A stretch of DNA of 64,000 nt. Origin: a virus (taxonomy: Duplodnaviria > Caudoviricetes). The number at the start of each line of letters is the position of its first letter. Position 1 is the stretch's first letter. The position numbers and the translations under genes are program-made. Below, piece after piece: positions 10,506-19,841 of the stretch. The notes below the pieces were generated by a model. That model was not told the origin of the DNA. It did no database searches and was given only the letters and a program-made list of their open reading frames with translations. The DNA is taken from IMG/VR virus record IMGVR_UViG_3300029288_000107, positions 40,813 to 104,812 of that record. One strand, written 5' to 3'.

Positions 10506-11237
10506 ATGGGGCTCCGGGCGCTGCTGGCCGTGGTGGAGGCCACCTACGCGCGTGACGCGAGCGTGCGTGAGCAAGCGGAGCGCTTCTACAAGGACCTGTA
10601 CGACTATCTGAACGTGGAGAAGGACGTGCTGGAGCGGCGGCTCACGCCGGGCAAGAACGGCGTGTTCAGCGTCATGGCGCGGGCCTTCACGGACGTGGGG
10701 CCCGCGAACCTGATCGTGGTGTTCGCCACGTCGGTGGGTGGGCGCAAGGGTGGCACGGGGAAGCTGGGCCATATGGACGCGATGGTGATCAACGCGTTGC
10801 TGGCACCGGGGGATCTGGCACACCTACAAAGCCGTGTGCAGAAGAACGTTGTGGTTCACGAGATGGTTCACATCCTGGACCCGGGGCGTCGCAAGGGCCA
10901 GATGAGCGCGAAGGCGGTGGAGCGCGGCGACGTGGCGGGCTACTACAACGAGCCCGGCGAGTGGAACGCGTACTGGCAGGAGGGGGCGTCGCAGCTGGAG
11001 CGGATGCTGCGCACGCTGACCAACAATGCCGGTCTGGATCCGGACTCGCGGTCGAAGGCGTTGGACTTCATGTTCGGGGACGGGAGCCTGCGATCCTTGC
11101 AGGGCAAGGTGGAGCGGTTCTGGGACGTTGACTTCCTGGACGCGATGGACGCCAAGGTGCGGCGCAAGTTCGACAAGCGGCTGGCGGCGCTGTGGGCCGC
11201 GTTGCGCGAGCAGGGGATGCTGCGGGGCGCGCCATGA
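10506..11237 (+). CDS. putative zinc metallopeptidase (HExxH), candidate head cargo
   Basis: VVHEMVHILD followed by YYNEPGEWNA; leader MGLRALL...VEA. Confidence 0.7.
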   Translation: MGLRALLAVVEATYARDASVREQAERFYKDLYDYLNVEKDVLERRLTPGKNGVFSVMARAFTDVGPANLIVVFATSVGGRKGGTGKLGHMDAMVINALLAPGDLAHLQSRVQKNVVVHEMVHILDPGRRKGQMSAKAVERGDVAGYYNEPGEWNAYWQEGASQLERMLRTLTNNAGLDPDSRSKALDFMFGDGSLRSLQGKVERFWDVDFLDAMDAKVRRKFDKRLAALWAALREQGMLRGAP

Positions 11238-11965
11238 GTCTGCGCGGCCTTGCTCAACTGTTGGAGGGATCGACGGCTTCGCCCGAGGTGGAGGCCCTCG
11301 TCACGGAGATGATGCCGGTGCTGTCGCGGGGGCTGCCGCGGCCGATCATCCGCATGGTGGAGAAGCTGGGGGTGAAGTGGCTGGGTGAGTGCCGGTACAA
11401 GGTGGGCGACGCCACCACGACCATCTCCGTGCAGCGGTTCGTGGCTGGGGATGAGCCGACGCTGCGGCGCGTGATCGCGCACGAGTTGTGCCACCACGAG
11501 GACTTGTTGGCGGGGTGGGATGAAGCGGCGGCGAAGGGCTGGTCAACCGAGACCTTCCTCATGGATCGCAAGATTGAGAGCAAGGGGCACGGGCCCGAGT
11601 GGCAGGCCATCGCGGCGGAGTTCAACCATCGGTACGGTGCGGGCTTCGTGACGCCCAAGAGCGACGAAAGCTACGCCAAGCAGTCGGCCACGCGGGACGC
11701 GCTGCTGTTGCTGTGGCAGAACGGGGCGCGTCTCATGTGGGCGGTCAGCGTGCGGCCCAGCGCGCGGCAGCGAGCGTACATCGAAAAGAAGCTGGGCGGC
11801 ATCGACGGCCCGAGTATGCGGCTGGTGGCGACGCGCGACGTGGATCTGATACAGGGCGGCCCGCGGCCGGGTGATGGGTTCGCGTACTCCCACGACGTGC
11901 GGGTCAACGAGAAGCTGCTGCGGGCGTGGGAGGACGGGAAGAGGGTAGATCTGGCCGATGTGTAG
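11234..11965 (+). CDS. SprT-like zinc metalloprotease, candidate head cargo
   Basis: WLGEC, IAHELCH, GHGPEW; ATGA overlap start. Confidence 0.8.
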   Translation: MSLRGLAQLLEGSTASPEVEALVTEMMPVLSRGLPRPIIRMVEKLGVKWLGECRYKVGDATTTISVQRFVAGDEPTLRRVIAHELCHHEDLLAGWDEAAAKGWSTETFLMDRKIESKGHGPEWQAIAAEFNHRYGAGFVTPKSDESYAKQSATRDALLLLWQNGARLMWAVSVRPSARQRAYIEKKLGGIDGPSMRLVATRDVDLIQGGPRPGDGFAYSHDVRVNEKLLRAWEDGKRVDLADV

Positions 11966-11975
11966 GAGGCGTGAC

Positions 11976-12509
11976 ATGAGCTTGAGGGAATTGCGGCGGG
12001 ACGTCGAGGAGCGGGCGCTGGACGAGGGGCTGGTGGGCAGCATCCTGCGCGGGGCCGGGCGGATCCTCGCGGCGCCGTTCGGCTCGGTAGCGAGGTCGGC
12101 GGAGGCGGCGGCCAAGCGGGCCAAGAACGCCAAGGCGAAGGGCAAGGTGGCAGCGAAGCCGGGGACGAAGGCGAAGCCGAAGGCGGGACAGAAGGCGTCG
12201 GGGCAGCCCAAGGGGGCTCCCAAGCTGCCAGCGAAGGGCAAGAAGAAGGCGGCTGCCGGGGCGGTGCGGTCGCTGCGACGTGCCTCCACGACGCAGTTGG
12301 AGCGCACGGCGAAGCGGGCGAAGAACCCGCAGATGCGGGTGGCGGCCAAGCGGGAGCTGGCGCGGCGCAAGGCGGGGCGGGGCAAGCAGGCGGTAGTCGC
12401 GAAGTCGGGGACGCAGGCGAAGCCGAAGCCGAAGGCGGGGCCGAGCCTCGCGAGCCGGGTGCGCGGCGCGCTGGCGGGCGCCAAGACGGGCTGGAAGGGG
12501 TCGCGCTGA
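11976..12509 (+). CDS. Lys/Ala-rich basic (histone H1-like) protein, candidate head cargo
   Basis: KAKP repeats; leader MSLRELRR...LDEG; AGGAGG SD. Confidence 0.7.
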   Translation: MSLRELRRDVEERALDEGLVGSILRGAGRILAAPFGSVARSAEAAAKRAKNAKAKGKVAAKPGTKAKPKAGQKASGQPKGAPKLPAKGKKKAAAGAVRSLRRASTTQLERTAKRAKNPQMRVAAKRELARRKAGRGKQAVVAKSGTQAKPKPKAGPSLASRVRGALAGAKTGWKGSR

Positions 12510-13366
12510 TGGGGCTGCGGGCCATCCGAGATCGGGCACGGGGCGGCTACCTCGCGGAGGCGCGCGGGGCGGTGGCGGTGGACGTGGCGGCCTACGCGCG
12601 GGACCTCAAGAGCTACGTGTCGCAGTTGAGCATGGGGGCCGAGCGGACGAAGCAACGGTACGACGCGGGCGATCCCGACGTGCGCGAGCGCTACAAGAAC
12701 TACGCACCCAGTGGCTACCCGTGGAAGGACGCGCGCATTGACGTGGCAGATCGCGTGCGCGAGACCAAGCGCAACATGGAGGGCGTGGCGCGGCAGATCG
12801 CGGCGGCCGTGGGGCGTGTGGAGGTGTGGTCGGGAACGCCGTTGATGGTTCGGCCGAACTACAGATACAGCGAGAATCATTGGGGCGCGGAGATGCGGCC
12901 GGAGGGGGCGCCGACGGACGCCACGGTGGACTTCGTGGGGGGGCGCAACGCGCCGGGGTTCACGCTGTTCTCGGACGGGACCGTGGACGACGTGCTGGAC
13001 GCGGGGGATCGCGACTTCTTCACGGACCCGGCGGTGGAGGCGGACTACTTCGCGCTGGTGAGCGAGCTGCGCAGTCCGGGCAGCACGGCGCGGACGGGCA
13101 AGGTGGTCACGCTGTTCACGGCGCGGCCGCGCAAGGATCGGGCCCAGTACGACGGGGCTAAGGCGATCCCGCACGGCATCTTCCTGACCACGGGAGAGGA
13201 CCGCGCGTACCGGTTGGGCATGGATCTGGGCGGCGAGCGCGACGTGTACCGGGTGCGCATCGACAGTCGGCACTTGGTGCAGACCTTGGACGCGGGCGGC
13301 GTGCGCGAGTACCAGGCGGTGGGGCGCGGCACGGTGCCAGTGGTGTCGATCGATCTGGTCGCGTGA
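12509..13366 (+). CDS. hypothetical protein, C-terminus possibly ADP-ribosyltransferase-like fold
   Basis: TLFTAR...GIFLTT...A...VYRVRI...EY spacing resembles ART core strands; family call weak. Confidence 0.5.
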   Translation: MGLRAIRDRARGGYLAEARGAVAVDVAAYARDLKSYVSQLSMGAERTKQRYDAGDPDVRERYKNYAPSGYPWKDARIDVADRVRETKRNMEGVARQIAAAVGRVEVWSGTPLMVRPNYRYSENHWGAEMRPEGAPTDATVDFVGGRNAPGFTLFSDGTVDDVLDAGDRDFFTDPAVEADYFALVSELRSPGSTARTGKVVTLFTARPRKDRAQYDGAKAIPHGIFLTTGEDRAYRLGMDLGGERDVYRVRIDSRHLVQTLDAGGVREYQAVGRGTVPVVSIDLVA

Positions 13367-13379
13367 GAAGGAGGAAGAG

Positions 13380-14240
13380 ATGGGATTCGTACGGAAGGCA
13401 GACATCGAACGGCACCGGGCTGGGTGCCTGGAGGCGCGGGTGGCGGCGGTGCGAGAGGCGGCCGAGCGGGCACTGGGCACGGAGATCGAGGTGATCGCGA
13501 CGCACGCGGACCACGCCATCGTGCGGGCGGGCAGCGCCGTGAAGCGGCTGACCTACAGCCTCGCGGAGAGCGGCGGCCTCGCGGGCGGCGTGGCGGTGGA
13601 GGACGCGGACATGGCGGCATTGGAGGGGATGGATCTGGACGCGGCGGTGGCGGAGGATCTGCGGGGCGTTGTGGCGGCCATGCTGGCGGGGCAGGCACTG
13701 CCGCGCACGCGCGTGCGTGACCTGTCGCGCATGGCGCGGCGGGATGGCGCGTACTGGCTGGGCGAGGCCGTGGCGGGGTGCGCGCGGGTCGAGGCGCCGT
13801 GGCGGAACTGGTTCGCGCCGCAGTCGGCGACGGTGCGGGAAGCGCTGCACGGGCGCATCCGGGAGATCGAGGAGCCGGTGCCGCGCCAGCGCTTCGGCAA
13901 GCTGCCGGAGGGCAAGCTGCCGGAGTACGCGGGCGAGCTGCGGGAGGGGCTGGCCGCGCTGCGCGTGGTGGCCCGGGGGCTGTTTGACGATTTAACGGAC
14001 GATGTGGCATACCAAGAGGCGGGATTGGCGGCCGTGCACCAATCGCTGCGCGATGAGGCCAGCACCATGGATCGGGGGTTGGCGTGGTTGGAGCGGATGG
14101 CGTGGGCGGGCAGGGAAGGCGTGGTGGCGACGGCTCACGATCAGATCGCAGCGACGCTGCGGGACGCGCTGGTGGTGCGGGAGCACTTGCGAACGAGAAG
14201 GAGCACGGACCATGGAGAGGAAAGTTCAGCCGCTGAGTGA
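13380..14240 (+). CDS. putative prohead core/assembly protein
   Basis: Helical protein between portal and protease; SD GGAGG. Confidence 0.55.
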   Translation: MGFVRKADIERHRAGCLEARVAAVREAAERALGTEIEVIATHADHAIVRAGSAVKRLTYSLAESGGLAGGVAVEDADMAALEGMDLDAAVAEDLRGVVAAMLAGQALPRTRVRDLSRMARRDGAYWLGEAVAGCARVEAPWRNWFAPQSATVREALHGRIREIEEPVPRQRFGKLPEGKLPEYAGELREGLAALRVVARGLFDDLTDDVAYQEAGLAAVHQSLRDEASTMDRGLAWLERMAWAGREGVVATAHDQIAATLRDALVVREHLRTRRSTDHGEESSAAE

Positions 14241-15282
14241 GGACCTGACCGGGCTCGGGTTCACCGACCGGACGCCGGGGGGCGCGCAGGCGTTCGCGGG
14301 GATGATCGATCTCATCCCCGGGGCGTTCGAGCCCACGGGGGCAGCCGGAGCGCCCGCGGCGCCCGCGGCGCCGATGACGGAGGACGCAGCGCCTGGCGCG
14401 GACGCGGCCGACCCCATCGACGGGCCGGTCGTGTCGGAGCAGACGCTGGAGTGCGTCGGCGCCATCCTCGCGCACGCTCCCCTCACGGAGGACACCGAGA
14501 TCGACCTGGAGGCCATGGACCCCGAGAAGCTGGAGCAGATGGGTGAGGCCATCGAGCAGCGGCTGCGCGATCTCCAGCAGGTGGTCGACGAGATGGCCGA
14601 CAAGGAGGTCCCGGCGGAGCTGGAGGAGCGCACCAGCGAGATCATGGGGCGCGTGATCACCGAGATCAAGATGCTGCGCATCCTCGGCGGCAAGGTGACC
14701 CGCGTCCTCAAGCGCATCGGCTCTGCGGCGATCAAGGCGCACCGCAAGGCCAAGATGTACTACAAGAAGAAGAAGGCCCATGTGAAGCAGCTCCGGAAGA
14801 AGGCGGGTCGCAAGGCGAAGACCAAGATCATGGCCGCCAAGACGGCGCGCAAGCGGCTCAGCATGGGGCTCAAGAGCATCGCCAAGAAGGCGGGCGGGGC
14901 CATCAAGGGCGCGCTGAGCAAGGTCCGGAAGGCCAAGGGCGGCGGCGGCCTCGTGGCGCACGAGAGCGATCTCGCGGCGCGGCTGTCGGCCCTGCTGGAC
15001 GAGGGGCACCGCGAGGATCGCAGCGAGGCGCAGCGCGAGCGCGACGACCTCGTGGAGTGCATCGGCAACGTGCTGACGCTCATCGAGTGGATCACGCAGG
15101 ACGACGAGGCGGTCGGCCTCATGGCCGAGGAGTACGAGCGCATCGCGGACGAGTTCTGCGCGGGCGCGCTGAACGAGGCCAAGACGGACGAGGCGGCCTT
15201 CATCGGGCGCGTGACGCCGATCGTGCGGGCCATCGGGGCCTGCGTGGAGGAGCTGGAAAAAAACTTGGGCCGCTCCGCGTAG
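14212..15282 (+). CDS. putative prohead core protein (T4 gp67/gp68 position); probable -1 frameshift extension to 15479
   Basis: Acidic halves around a K/R-rich segment, many LxE sites, directly before protease; A AAA AAC at 15258-15264. Confidence 0.65.
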   Translation: MERKVQPLSEDLTGLGFTDRTPGGAQAFAGMIDLIPGAFEPTGAAGAPAAPAAPMTEDAAPGADAADPIDGPVVSEQTLECVGAILAHAPLTEDTEIDLEAMDPEKLEQMGEAIEQRLRDLQQVVDEMADKEVPAELEERTSEIMGRVITEIKMLRILGGKVTRVLKRIGSAAIKAHRKAKMYYKKKKAHVKQLRKKAGRKAKTKIMAAKTARKRLSMGLKSIAKKAGGAIKGALSKVRKAKGGGGLVAHESDLAARLSALLDEGHREDRSEAQRERDDLVECIGNVLTLIEWITQDDEAVGLMAEEYERIADEFCAGALNEAKTDEAAFIGRVTPIVRAIGACVEELEKNLGRSA

Positions 15283-15302
15283 CGCAGGAGGCGCGGGGCT
15301 CC
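15258..15302 (+). promoter_or_regulatory. putative -1 programmed frameshift signal (slippery heptamer plus 3' hairpin)
   Basis: In-frame A AAA AAC; GCTCCGCG/CGCGGGGC stem about 7 nt downstream; -1 frame open to 15479. Confidence 0.6.
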
Positions 15303-15488
15303 GGTTGGGCGCGGACCCGGTCGGAGCGCCGTCGCCGTATCGGTGCGGAAGCGGGGCTGGCGCAGGTGAGACCGGAGGGGTGCAAGACGCGGCGCAAGGT
15401 GGGCCGCGCCGCCCGGTGGCGGGAGCTGCGGAACCCGATCGCGCGGTCCGAGTTCAAGTTCCACCGGCGTAAGGGGTGAGGAGAACCG

Positions 15489-17129
15489 ATGGGCTGGCTT
15501 TTCGAGATGATCCCGACCGGGCTGACGTTGACGGAGGCGGCGGGCGGCAAGCTCACGGCGCGGGGGCTGTTCGGCATCTGCGGCGTGCCCACGGCGAACG
15601 GCCGCATCTACCCGAAGAAGCTGGTGGAGCGGGAGATCGGGCGGCTTGGAGAGCGCATGAAGAACCGGCAGGTGCTGATGCAGCTCGATCATCCTTCTGA
15701 CGGAAAAGCATCGCTGTTGCAAGCGGCGGCGCTGCTCACCGGATTGGACCTCGACGGCGACAACGTCATGGGCGAGGCGGAGATCCTCGGCACGCCCAAC
15801 GGCAAGATCCTGCGGGCGCTCATCGAGGCGCAGGTGAAGGTGGGCGTGAGCAGCCGGGGTTTCGGCAGCACCAAGGCTACCAACGAGGGCGAGGAGGTCG
15901 GCGAGGACTTCGCGCTGGCGAGCTACGACTTCGTGGCGGACCCCAGCGTGCGGACCGCGCTTCCCAAGTTCTACGCGGAGAGCGTGGAGGCGCCCGCCGA
16001 GGAGGCGCCGCTGGAGCTGTTCCAGCGGGAGTTCCCGGAGGCGTTCGCGCAGTTGACGGAGGCGGCGACCCGGGACGCGGTGGCGCGGGCGCAGGAGCAG
16101 ACGGCGGCCATCATTGCGAAGGCGGTCGAGACGGAACGCACGCGCGTGCGAGACGAGATGACGGAGGCGTTCGAGCACCAGCTGCGGGACGCCGTGGTTG
16201 GCTTGCGTGAGGATTTGGAGCGCGATCTGCGCGAGGAGTACGAGCGGGACCCGGCGGTGGCGGGGGCCCGGGCGGCGCTGGCGCAGGTGGTGGAGATGAT
16301 CCGGCCGTACCAGCAGGCGCCGGACGCCGACGCGGTGCGGGACGCGCTGCGGGCGCGGGAGCTGGAGCTGGCCACGGCGCATGAGGCGACGGCGCAGGCG
16401 GAGGAGCGGGCGGCGCGGTCGGACCGGCTGCTCGCGCTGGAGACCAAGCTGGCGGGGCACCCGCTGGCGGATCCGCTGCGCAAGGTGCTGGCGCCGGTGG
16501 TGGCGCGCGAGCGCGATGAGGGGCTGGCCGGGCGGCTGGACGACCTCATTGCGGAGGCGGCCGACATGGTCCCGGCGAGCGAGGTGGAGGCGCGGGCGGC
16601 CGAGCGCATCGCGCTCACCGAGGCGCAGGATCTGATCAAGGAGAACGAGCAGAAACGGTCCCAACTGGCGGAACGGGTGGACGAGTTGAAGGCCAAGTTG
16701 GTCGAAGCGGTGAAGCTGGGGCAGGAAGCGGACGGGCTGCGGGCGGAGGCCGAGCAGCGCGCGGAGGAGGCGGAAGCCAAGCTCGACGAGGGCGAGGCGG
16801 AGGTCGACGAGCGCGAGCTGGCGGCATTCAAACGCGGTGCGGCGGCGATTCTGCCTGCGGGCGCACGGGCGCGCAAGCTCATCGAGGCGGCTGGCGACGA
16901 GGCCGAGGTGGAGCAGGTGCTGGTGGAGAGCAGGGCGCAAGCCATGGGTGACGGGGACTTGGAGCAGGCGCGGCAGGCGGTCCGGGGCCGAGGGATGGCA
17001 CCGGGGGCGGCCGCGTTCCGGCTGGAGGAGGGGGCGTCGCGCGGTGGTGCGCGGGGCTCCGACGAGGTGGTCTCGGCCACGGGCCTGACCGCCAACGACA
17101 TGACCGCGCTACTAGGAGACGGTCAGTAG
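15489..17129 (+). CDS. prohead protease (T4 gp21-like) fused to coiled-coil scaffold
   Basis: NGRIYP, LDHP, GTPNG, GVSSRG, DFVADPS, then about 380 aa of E/A-rich helix. Confidence 0.92.
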   Translation: MGWLFEMIPTGLTLTEAAGGKLTARGLFGICGVPTANGRIYPKKLVEREIGRLGERMKNRQVLMQLDHPSDGKASLLQAAALLTGLDLDGDNVMGEAEILGTPNGKILRALIEAQVKVGVSSRGFGSTKATNEGEEVGEDFALASYDFVADPSVRTALPKFYAESVEAPAEEAPLELFQREFPEAFAQLTEAATRDAVARAQEQTAAIIAKAVETERTRVRDEMTEAFEHQLRDAVVGLREDLERDLREEYERDPAVAGARAALAQVVEMIRPYQQAPDADAVRDALRARELELATAHEATAQAEERAARSDRLLALETKLAGHPLADPLRKVLAPVVARERDEGLAGRLDDLIAEAADMVPASEVEARAAERIALTEAQDLIKENEQKRSQLAERVDELKAKLVEAVKLGQEADGLRAEAEQRAEEAEAKLDEGEAEVDERELAAFKRGAAAILPAGARARKLIEAAGDEAEVEQVLVESRAQAMGDGDLEQARQAVRGRGMAPGAAAFRLEEGASRGGARGSDEVVSATGLTANDMTALLGDGQ

Positions 17130-17157
17130 CGGCACCAAGTCGCCGCAGGAGAGAACG

Positions 17158-18804
17158 ATGACGAACAGCAACGGAATGGAGGCCCGGAGCCTGCTGGAGC
17201 AGGCGGGCGGGCGCGGACAGGGCACCATGCTCGACGAGTCCTACAACGCGCAGGTCGTGCGCAAGTGGTCCGACATGGACGTGCAGGGCGGGAAGGTCAA
17301 CTTCCTGCGCGACCTCGACCCGCAGCGGGCTAAGGTGGCGGCGCTGTGTCTGGAGAACCAGGCGCGGTTCCTGCGCAACCTCAACGAGGACACGCTTTCG
17401 ACGAACAGCGGCAGCTTCCAGAAGTACATCTTCCCGGTCGTGCGCCGCCTGTTCCCGAACCTGATCCTCAACGACATCGCGACGGTGCAGCCCATGACGG
17501 GTCCGCAGGGCGCGATGTTCACGCTGGAGTACCGCTACGACGACCGCAAGGGCACCAAGCGTCCGTGGGGCGGCATCGCGTTGCAGCCGTACCAGATGGG
17601 GTACGAGGGCGCGCTGGCGGCGAGCGACGACGCGATCAAGAACTTCGCGAAGAACTACGCGAACGAGTACGTGGACTACGACGCGGTCTGCACCGACACC
17701 GGCGCGGCGCCCGCGACGCTGTCCAACACGGATCTCAACTGCCGCGTCCCGGCCTGGTGGCCGATCCGGGCCCCGGGAACCAGCGGGCAGCGCACCTTCG
17801 CCGTGACGGCGGTGTGCCGTGTGACGGACGCTGCGGTGCCGGTGGTCGGCGCCTACACCAGCATCAGCACCAAGGCGGCGGCGACGGCGGTCCTCACGGA
17901 CCAGTACGCGCACGCGACGGGCACGCTGGACATCTCGACGGGCGCGTGGACGGTCAACGCGCTGCTCATCGCGGGCGGCGCCTCGACGTTCGTGGCGAAC
18001 ACGGTCATCTACCTCCAGTACTGGGTCAACAGCGAGTTGACCTACACGGTCACCGGCAACCGGCTCCAGCGCATGTCGCTGAACCTGACCCGGCACGACA
18101 TCGTGGCCGAGCCGTGGCGGCTCAGCGCGGCCTGGTCGCTGGACGCGGCGCAGGACCTGCGGGCGCAGCAGGGCATGGACCTCGAAGCCGAGATGGTGGC
18201 GGGCATCGCCAACGAGATCGGCTGCGAGATCGACCGCACCGGCATCGACATGATGATCAACGGCGCGGCGCACGCGGCGTCGTACGCCTACGCGGGCACC
18301 TGGCCGGGCGACATGGAGAAGATCCACACGGCGGTCACCTACATCGACGCGCTGAGCGCCGCCATCTCGAAGGCGGGCGGGCGCGGCCCGGCGACGTTCG
18401 TGGTGGCGGGGCCGGAGGCGTCGGCGCTGCTCGGGCAGCTCGGCGCGCACACCGACTGGGCGAGCAACATGCAGATGCAGCAGCCCGCGTCGCACGGCGA
18501 CCGCAACACGAACTACCCGATCAAGCGGGTGGGCTCGATCAACGGGAAGTACACGCTGTACGAGAACCCGTGGCAGGACAGCACGAAGGTGCTGGTCGGC
18601 TACAAGGGCGGCTCGTGGCTGGACGCGGGCTTCGGCTACGCGCCGTACATCCCGCTCTACGCGACGGACACCTGGACCGATCCGGACACCCTGATCCAGA
18701 AGAAGGGCATGGCCAGCCGCGGCGCGCTGAAGCTGCTCCGTTCGGAGTACTACGGCGTGCTCACGCTCACCGGCCTGCCGACCGTCACGTCGACCCTCGC
18801 CTAG
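17158..18804 (+). CDS. major capsid protein, T4 gp23-like
   Basis: LENQ, FPVVRRLFP, VQPMTGP, AQDLRA, EIDR, GYKG...DAG..YAPYIPL. Confidence 0.95.
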   Translation: MTNSNGMEARSLLEQAGGRGQGTMLDESYNAQVVRKWSDMDVQGGKVNFLRDLDPQRAKVAALCLENQARFLRNLNEDTLSTNSGSFQKYIFPVVRRLFPNLILNDIATVQPMTGPQGAMFTLEYRYDDRKGTKRPWGGIALQPYQMGYEGALAASDDAIKNFAKNYANEYVDYDAVCTDTGAAPATLSNTDLNCRVPAWWPIRAPGTSGQRTFAVTAVCRVTDAAVPVVGAYTSISTKAAATAVLTDQYAHATGTLDISTGAWTVNALLIAGGASTFVANTVIYLQYWVNSELTYTVTGNRLQRMSLNLTRHDIVAEPWRLSAAWSLDAAQDLRAQQGMDLEAEMVAGIANEIGCEIDRTGIDMMINGAAHAASYAYAGTWPGDMEKIHTAVTYIDALSAAISKAGGRGPATFVVAGPEASALLGQLGAHTDWASNMQMQQPASHGDRNTNYPIKRVGSINGKYTLYENPWQDSTKVLVGYKGGSWLDAGFGYAPYIPLYATDTWTDPDTLIQKKGMASRGALKLLRSEYYGVLTLTGLPTVTSTLA

Positions 18805-18828
18805 TCCTGCGCTGATCAAGCGCCCTCC

Positions 18829-18857
18829 TTGAGATAAAGCGTCACGTATTGTACAGT
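18829..18857 (+). promoter_or_regulatory. sigma70-like promoter after capsid gene, bracketed by inverted repeat
   Basis: TTGAGA-N17-TACAGT in an AT-rich patch; flanking CCTTGA/TCAAGG. Confidence 0.5.
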
Positions 18858-18886
18858 CACTTCAAGGCGCGCCCCTGCGCGTCGTC

Positions 18887-19273
18887 ATGGAGGTAATGAT
18901 GAGGTACATCGCGTTGGAGCAGGTGGGGAGACCCATGCACCTGACGGGCGTGCGGGCACGGATGCAGGGCACGGTGCGCGTGGCAGAACACGCGTCGGTG
19001 CTGATCCTGCCGGGGGGCATCACGGAGGACACGGATCTGGACCTGTCGCCGTGGGTGGCGGCAGGGTTCGTCATGCCGATGCCGGAGCGGGTGGCGCCGG
19101 TCCCGAAGCCGGAGCCGAAGGTGGAGCCGGAGGCGCCGAAGGCAGCGGATCCTGTGGCGGAGACCACGAAGGCGGAGGATCCGCTGGAGCCCGTGGTGGA
19201 ACCGGAGCCGCCGGTGGTCGCGAGCGCGGCCCCGGAGGCGGTGCGGGCCGGGCGCGCGCGGCGGCGGGTCTAG
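18887..19273 (+). CDS. hypothetical head-associated protein, Pro/Glu-rich tail
   Basis: Follows capsid gene; real start may be 18896. Confidence 0.6.
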   Translation: MEVMMRYIALEQVGRPMHLTGVRARMQGTVRVAEHASVLILPGGITEDTDLDLSPWVAAGFVMPMPERVAPVPKPEPKVEPEAPKAADPVAETTKAEDPLEPVVEPEPPVVASAAPEAVRAGRARRRV

Positions 19274-19274
19274 C

Positions 19275-19838
19275 ATGCGTCTGGACGAGCTGAACGCGCG
19301 GGCTGTGGCGCCCGCGGAGTTGGGCGTAGGGAGCCTCGTGGAGGTGCGGACCCGCATGGGGGCCGTGGTGGCGGAGGGGGCCGCGGCGTACCCGACGGCG
19401 CATGGGACCTGCGTGGGGGGCCGCTTCTTCGACGGGGCGCTCTACCTGTTCCTGCCGAAGGAAACGCACGCGCGTGCGCCATTGGACGAGGCCAAGGCCA
19501 AGGAGAGGCGGGGCAAGTCCAAGTTGGGGCCGCTGGACCCGGAGGCGCTGCCGGATGACGTGCGGCTCGCCGTTACGGTGGACCACGACCTCAACGAGGA
19601 GGACGTGCAGCGCGTGCTGGCCTCCATCGGCGATGCGGCGCTACAGGCACTGAAGGGAGTCGGCATGCGGGAGGACGAGGTCTACGCCCGCGTGGCCGCC
19701 GTGCTGAAGGCCGTGGAAAACTGCCTCGTGGCCAAGGAGGGCGCTGCGGAGGACGCGGCCGCCGCCAAGGCGCGCGTGGATGCGGCGAGCAAGGTCAAGC
19801 GCAAGGCGAGCGGCACCGACGCCGACGACGAGGAATAG
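19275..19838 (+). CDS. hypothetical protein
   Basis: Tight packing; internal LDEA site. Confidence 0.65.
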   Translation: MRLDELNARAVAPAELGVGSLVEVRTRMGAVVAEGAAAYPTAHGTCVGGRFFDGALYLFLPKETHARAPLDEAKAKERRGKSKLGPLDPEALPDDVRLAVTVDHDLNEEDVQRVLASIGDAALQALKGVGMREDEVYARVAAVLKAVENCLVAKEGAAEDAAAAKARVDAASKVKRKASGTDADDEE

Positions 19839-19841
19839 CAC

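Noticed and set aside
6698-18804. Inteins or introns in terminase, portal or capsid; genome-wide stop codon reassignment
   Set aside because: No splicing motifs seen; genes are full length and end normally at TAG, TGA or TAA.
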